From an uncultured delta proteobacterium (GTDB lineage: Bacteria > Myxococcota > Myxococcia > Myxococcales > Myxococcaceae): a DNA stretch of 64,000 nt. Location: the NCBI GenBank assembly GCA_963771175.1, contig CAVYSY010000040.1, positions 128,001 through 192,000 of the forward strand. Reading direction: 5' to 3'. The notes under the pieces were generated by a model. The model worked only from the letters and a program-made list of their open reading frames with translations. It was not told the DNA's origin and made no database searches. Position 1 is the first letter of the stretch, and the number at the start of each line of letters is the position of its first letter. A program made the translations under genes and the position numbers. This document shows positions 59,450 to 64,000 of this stretch, piece by piece.

Positions 59450-59899
59450 ATGAAGCGACTCGTGTTGCCTGCCCTGATCGCCCTCGCTGCCTCCGGCTGC
59501 ATGCGCTCGCGCGAGGCCCTCGTCAATCCGACGGAGGAGGCCGGCAAGTGCGAGCTGGTGCAGACGCTGATGCGCGAGCCGGTGCCCCAGCACTACCTGT
59601 CCGAGCTGATGGCGTCGGGGCGTGATGGGCCCGCGCAGGTGCTCGTCTTCGTGCGCCGGCCCGAGCAGGACATGCTCGAGCGTCTCTTCGCGGGCGACGA
59701 GCCCTCGTGCGGTGGTTACAACTACAACGTGGTGCAGCAGAGCACGATGAACGCGCTGGTGCTCTTCCTCCAGCCGCTGGGTGACGGCTACACCTTCGAC
59801 GTGCAGCGCGCGACCCCGGACGAGTTGTCGCTGGGTGGGGCACCCAGAGGGACGCTGACGAGGCGCAACGGCGGCGGCTGGGTGGCCTCCAGCCTCTGA
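59450..59899 (+). CDS. Hypothetical lipoprotein
   Basis: AAGGAG SD; MKRLVLPALIALAASG-C. Confidence 0.8.
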   Translation: MKRLVLPALIALAASGCMRSREALVNPTEEAGKCELVQTLMREPVPQHYLSELMASGRDGPAQVLVFVRRPEQDMLERLFAGDEPSCGGYNYNVVQQSTMNALVLFLQPLGDGYTFDVQRATPDELSLGGAPRGTLTRRNGGGWVASSL

Positions 59900-60546
59900 G
59901 ACACCCGGGGCTCCTCCTTGCGGAGCAGATCCTTCCCTCCATCCGCGATGAACTGCACCGCGATGGCCGCGAGGATGAGCCCCATCACTCGCTCGAGGAT
60001 GGCCACGCCGGACTGCTTGAGCACCCGCTGCACGAAGCCCGCGGCGCGCAGCACGAAGTAGCTCGTCACGAAGGTGAGCACGATGGCCACCAGCACGGGC
60101 ACGGCGGACACCATGTTTTCCCCGCCCCGGGCCATCAACACCATGGCGGTGGCGATGGCGCCAGGGCCCGCCAGCAGCGGCATCGCCAACGGCACCAGGG
60201 CCACGTCATCCTTCGTCGCGCCCTCCTGCGTCTCGGACGGGGTGGTGCGCGTCTCCGAGGGTCGGGCTCGCAGCATGTCCAGCGCGGTGATGAGCAGCAG
60301 GATTCCGCCCGCCACCCGGAAGGCGCCCAGGGACACGCCGAACACCTTGAAGATGACGCCGCCGAACATGGCGAAGAAGAGCAGCAGCCCGCACGCCACC
60401 ATGCACGCGCGCCGCGCCGTGCTCCGGATCTTCTCCTCCGAGTCTCCCGCGGTGATCGCCAGGAAGATGGGCACCACTCCCACCGGGTCCACCACGAAGA
60501 GGACCGCCGGGAGCGATACGAGGAAGAGGGAGAGCTGCTCGGACAT
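59788..60546 (-). CDS. MarC family membrane protein
   Basis: VVDPVG.VP.F, FRVAGGILL, VPLAMPLLAGPGAIAT, RVMGLILAAIAVQF; the 3' tail overlaps the convergent lipoprotein. Confidence 0.92.
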   Translation of the reverse strand: MSEQLSLFLVSLPAVLFVVDPVGVVPIFLAITAGDSEEKIRSTARRACMVACGLLLFFAMFGGVIFKVFGVSLGAFRVAGGILLLITALDMLRARPSETRTTPSETQEGATKDDVALVPLAMPLLAGPGAIATAMVLMARGGENMVSAVPVLVAIVLTFVTSYFVLRAAGFVQRVLKQSGVAILERVMGLILAAIAVQFIADGGKDLLRKEEPRVSQRLEATQPPPLRLVSVPLGAPPSDNSSGVARCTSKV

Positions 60547-60554
60547 ACGCTCCT

Positions 60555-61259
60555 CTACGCCGAGAGGCGCAGCTTCCACACCATCGTCAGGGCCTCGAGG
60601 AAGATCTTCCGGCTCATCTTCGACTGCCCGACGCGCCGGTCCTCGAAGACGATGGGGATCTCCCTCACCGTGAAGCCCTTCTTCAGGCTGCGGTAGGTGA
60701 GCTCGATCTGGAAGGCGTAGCCCGTGCTCTTCACCGCCTCGAGGTCGATGGACTCGAGCACCCGGCGGTGGAAGCACTTGAAGCCACCGGTGAGATCCTT
60801 CGTGCCCACGCCCAGGATGGTGCGCGCGTAGAGCGAGCCGCCCCGGCTGATGATCTTCCGGCCCACGCCCCAGTTGACGGTGCCGCCGCCGCTCACGTAC
60901 CGCGAGCCCAGCACCAGGTCCGCGCCGCTCATGGCCGTGTCCAGCAGCGTGGGCAGGTAGCGCGGGTCATGGCTGAAGTCCGCGTCCATCTCGATGATGT
61001 ACGTGTAGCCGGCGTCGAGCGCCACGCGGAACGCATGGAGGTAGGCACGCCCCAGGCCCTGCTTCTTCTCGCGGTGCAGGACGCGGATGCGCGGCTCCTT
61101 CGCCGCCAGCTCGTCGGCCAGCTTCCCCGTCCCATCCGGGGAGTTGTCGTCGACGATGAGGATGTCCACGCGGGGATCGGCCGCGAGCACCGCGCGGGTG
61201 ATGGGCTCGAGGTTGTCCCGCTCGTTGTAGGTGGGGATGCAGACCAGCGCTGGATTCAT
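60555..61259 (-). CDS. Polyprenol-monophosphomannose synthase-like GT2
   Basis: IPTYNE, VDDNSPDGT, GLG.AY..F, MDADFSH.P, GSRY, DLTGGFKC, GYAFQIE. Confidence 0.9.
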   Translation of the reverse strand: MNPALVCIPTYNERDNLEPITRAVLAADPRVDILIVDDNSPDGTGKLADELAAKEPRIRVLHREKKQGLGRAYLHAFRVALDAGYTYIIEMDADFSHDPRYLPTLLDTAMSGADLVLGSRYVSGGGTVNWGVGRKIISRGGSLYARTILGVGTKDLTGGFKCFHRRVLESIDLEAVKSTGYAFQIELTYRSLKKGFTVREIPIVFEDRRVGQSKMSRKIFLEALTMVWKLRLSA

Positions 61260-61298
61260 CGCGCGGCGGGACATACCAGAGCGGCGCCGGGTCCGCTC

Positions 61299-62453
61299 CT
61301 AGACTTTTGGGGCAGGGGGGAGCAGCTCCAGCACCGACTCGGCTGCCCGGGTGGCGGCCCCATGCTCTCCGAGCCGGGTGCGCACCTCCTCCAGCCCCTG
61401 GAGCAGCTCCTCGCGCGGTGTGCCTGGCACCCACAGGCGGCGGATTTCGCCGGCGATGCGCTCGGGCGTCATGTCGCCCTGGAGCAGCTCGGGCACCACC
61501 CGGCGGCCGGCGAGCAGGTTGACGAGGGCCACGTGCGCCACCTTCAGCATCAGCCGGCCCACGAGGTAGGTGACGAGCGAGACGCGGTACACCACCACGA
61601 AGGGGCGCTGCATCAGCCCCGCCTCCAGGGCCGCCGTCCCCGAGGCCACGATGGCCGCGTCGCTGGCGCCCACCACCTCGGGAGCCCGGCCCTCCACCAG
61701 CACCGGCTGCACGCCACTGCCCTCGAAGCGGGAGACGATCTCCTCGCGTGGAATGGTGGGGGCCACGGGCACCACCACCTGGAGCCCGGGGCGCTCGGCC
61801 ACCAGTGTCTTCGCGGCGCCCACCATGGCCGGGAGGATGCGGCGGATCTCACTCATCCGGCTGCCCGGCAGCAGGGCGAGCGTGGGCGTCTCCACCGGGA
61901 GTCCGAGCTTCTGGCGGAAGGCGGCGGCGCTGGCGGGAGAGGGCATCTGCTCCACCACGGGGCTGCCCACGTAGCGGGCGGCGACGCCGGCCTCCCGGTA
62001 GAAGTCCTCCTCGAAGGGGAGGATGCAGAGCATCCGGTCCACGAGCTTCGCGATCGTCTTCACCCGGCCCCGGCGCCAGGCCCAGATCATCGGCGAGACG
62101 TAGTAGGCCACCGGGATGCCGAGCTTCTTGAGGCGGGCGGCGAGCCGGAGGTTGAAGTCGGGGATGTCCACGAGGATGGCGCAGGCGGGGCGGCGCTCGG
62201 CGGCGGCCTTGGCCAGCCCGCCCATCACCTGGAGGATGCGCGGAATCTTGGGCAGCACCTCGGTGATGCCCATGACGTTGACCTCATGGGCGCCGTAGAG
62301 CAGCTCCACGCCCTGGGCGGCGAGGCGCGAGCCTCCCATTCCGAAGAAGGTGAGGTCCGGACGCTGGGCCTTGAGGGCGGCGACGAGTTCGGCGGCGTGG
62401 GCGTCACCGGACGCTTCGCCGGCCACGACGAGAATCTGGGGGGAGGGGGACAT
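61299..62453 (-). CDS. lpxB: Lipid-A-disaccharide synthase LpxB
   Basis: VAGEASGD, D.PDFNLR, YYVSP.IWAWR, ILPFE, LLPGSR, SGTAALE. Confidence 0.96.
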   Translation of the reverse strand: MSPSPQILVVAGEASGDAHAAELVAALKAQRPDLTFFGMGGSRLAAQGVELLYGAHEVNVMGITEVLPKIPRILQVMGGLAKAAAERRPACAILVDIPDFNLRLAARLKKLGIPVAYYVSPMIWAWRRGRVKTIAKLVDRMLCILPFEEDFYREAGVAARYVGSPVVEQMPSPASAAAFRQKLGLPVETPTLALLPGSRMSEIRRILPAMVGAAKTLVAERPGLQVVVPVAPTIPREEIVSRFEGSGVQPVLVEGRAPEVVGASDAAIVASGTAALEAGLMQRPFVVVYRVSLVTYLVGRLMLKVAHVALVNLLAGRRVVPELLQGDMTPERIAGEIRRLWVPGTPREELLQGLEEVRTRLGEHGAATRAAESVLELLPPAPKV

Positions 62454-62729
62454 GAGGCGGCGCGCATCCTACCCGAAGCGTCGCTCCGGGCCACGTCAGC
62501 ATGCGCCCCATGCCGTTGCTCGCCTCCTCGTTCCATCGACGAGGAGCTGATGCTGCTCATGCTCCGAGACGCATGCGGCGAACGGCCCGTTCTGGCTCGG
62601 GGCGTACGGCATCGCTGGAAGATTTCCTTCCTCGTGATGACGGCCGAGAGCTCCTCCTGTGCGCACATCGACTTCCGTGGCTGGACATGGAAGCGTCCGC
62701 CCCGGTTCGGACTTCATAGGGGGTGATGC

Positions 62730-63353
62730 ATGCGCGGGGACAGCGCGGTAGCCCTTGGGGTGCAAGCCGTCGAGTACTGGCAGCAGGACTTCGCGCGGAG
62801 GGTGGCCCTGGCGGAGCCGAGGGACACCACGCGTGGCGTGTTCCTCAATGGCCTGCTGCGACTCATGCGGGAGTTCGGCGGCGAGGAGATGGAGAAGCGC
62901 TGCCTGGAGGCAAGCGGGGGGGAGCAGTTCGTCGACTTCTTTCACTACTCCATCGCCACGTATCTCCGGATGCTCTCCACCGGGATGCGGTTGCTGGCGG
63001 ACCAGCACGGAGATGTCGAGGAGGCACTGCGACAGCTCGGGCGGCAGGCGGTGGCGGACCTCGGCGCTTCCGCGGCGGGTAGGGCCGTGGGGCTGATGGG
63101 CACGGGCGACATGAGGAGCCTGCTGGATGGGCTGTGTGTGGCCTACCGGGTCTCGGTGAGTTATGGCGAGCACGAGCTGGTGTGGACGGGGCCGACGAGT
63201 GCTCGCCTCATCATGAAGCGCAGCTTCATGCCCTACCCGTTCCACGAAGGCGTGTTGCTGGCGCGGCTCGAGTCGAGGAACGTCCGGCACTTGAGCGTGC
63301 GTGGGCACCAGTTGGGGCTGCTCGACTGCGAGTGTGAGATCTCCTGGGACTGA
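62730..63353 (+). CDS. DUF2378 family protein (Myxococcales-restricted)
   Basis: RRVALA.P.DTTRGVF.NG, FVDFF.Y, YR..VSYGE, FHEGVL. Confidence 0.82.
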   Translation: MRGDSAVALGVQAVEYWQQDFARRVALAEPRDTTRGVFLNGLLRLMREFGGEEMEKRCLEASGGEQFVDFFHYSIATYLRMLSTGMRLLADQHGDVEEALRQLGRQAVADLGASAAGRAVGLMGTGDMRSLLDGLCVAYRVSVSYGEHELVWTGPTSARLIMKRSFMPYPFHEGVLLARLESRNVRHLSVRGHQLGLLDCECEISWD

Positions 63354-63521
63354 ACCACGCGGTGATGGTCTCCTTGAACTCTTCCACTCTCCGCGCGAGG
63401 GCCTTCCACTTACCGGGTAACCGAGCGAGTACGACCGTGCAGCAGAAGGTGGGATCCGAAGAGGAGGCGGGCGCGAATCCTGACTGATGCGGCCGAGCCG
63501 AATGTGTACACTCGGCGGCCC

Positions 63522-64000
63522 TTGAAGACGCTTCTTCTGGCCGAGAGCCATCCCCCGACTCTGGAGCACCTCACCGGGTTGCTGTCTCAAGCCGGCTACA
63601 CCGTGCGTGCGGTGAGCGACCCCGGCTCGGCGATGGAGCACTTCGTCGCCGACAACCCCGACATGGTGGTGGTGTCCGTGGACCTGCCGCGCCTGGACGG
63701 GGCGCACGTGGGTCACCTCATCCGCAACCACAGCCAGGGCACGCGCGTGCCCATCGTTGCCATCGACAAGGGCCACCTGGGCCGGGCGCGGGGTGTGGCC
63801 TCGGTGTTGGAGCTCAAGGTGAATGCCTACGTGGCGGACCCGCTCAAGCCAGGCGAGCTGGTGGGCAAGCTGCAGTCGCTGGCGACCGTCGCCGCGCAGG
63901 ACGAGACCCCGCTCAAGGGCCTGCGGGCCACGCTGGCGCGCTCGGCGGTGGCCTCGGAGATCTCAAGGGACTCCCGCTGCCGGCGCTGCTGGTCTCGATG
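63522..64000 (+). CDS. Atypical (pseudo-)receiver domain protein, probably followed by DUF4388 (partial)
   Basis: Not in the ORF track. TTG 63522 gives KTLLLAESH..AGYTVRAV..PDMVVVSVDLPRLDG..AYVADP; the last 50 nt resemble GDLKG.PLPALLVSM across likely indels. Confidence 0.75.
   Translation, partial: MKTLLLAESHPPTLEHLTGLLSQAGYTVRAVSDPGSAMEHFVADNPDMVVVSVDLPRLDGAHVGHLIRNHSQGTRVPIVAIDKGHLGRARGVASVLELKVNAYVADPLKPGELVGKLQSLATVAAQDETPLKGLRATLARSAVASEISRDSRCRRCWSR

Overview
GC-rich (roughly 70% by eye) chromosomal segment of a myxobacterium, probably Archangium/Cystobacter-like (inferred from the Ser/Thr kinase-TPR, DUF2378, DUF2380 and DUF4388 families and from gene order). The core backbone runs: ribE-ribBA-ribH-nusB, an M17 N-domain gene, a receptor-less chemosensory cluster (cheY-cheA-cheW-cheW-HEAT-cheR-cheB ... 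cheY; recalled as similar to M. xanthus Che8), leuS-lptE-rpsT-mazG, a TPR/DUF4388 pair, phoH-7TM/HD-ybeY-DUF4105-prfB (canonical +1 frameshift), an ECF sigma/anti-sigma pair, lysS-lolC/E-lolD-bamA-skp-lpxD-fabZ-lpxA-lpxI, and an inverted lpxB-GT2-marC block. Accessory patches are a ~9.5 kb insert between cheB and the second cheY (2OG-Fe oxygenase, DUF2380 toxin/immunity pair, signal-less amidase, OsmC, lipoprotein plus Zn-phospholipase C/S1-P1-like enzyme, small lipoproteins, cupin), an orphan immunity-like gene with an RM-gene remnant, and a small lipoprotein plus 32-Cys protein pair. Single-base indels in cheA, cheW, leuS, prfB, lysS and lpxD are most likely sequencing errors. No rRNA, tRNA, CRISPR array or transposase was recognised. 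All family calls come from reading motifs by eye; no database searches were run.
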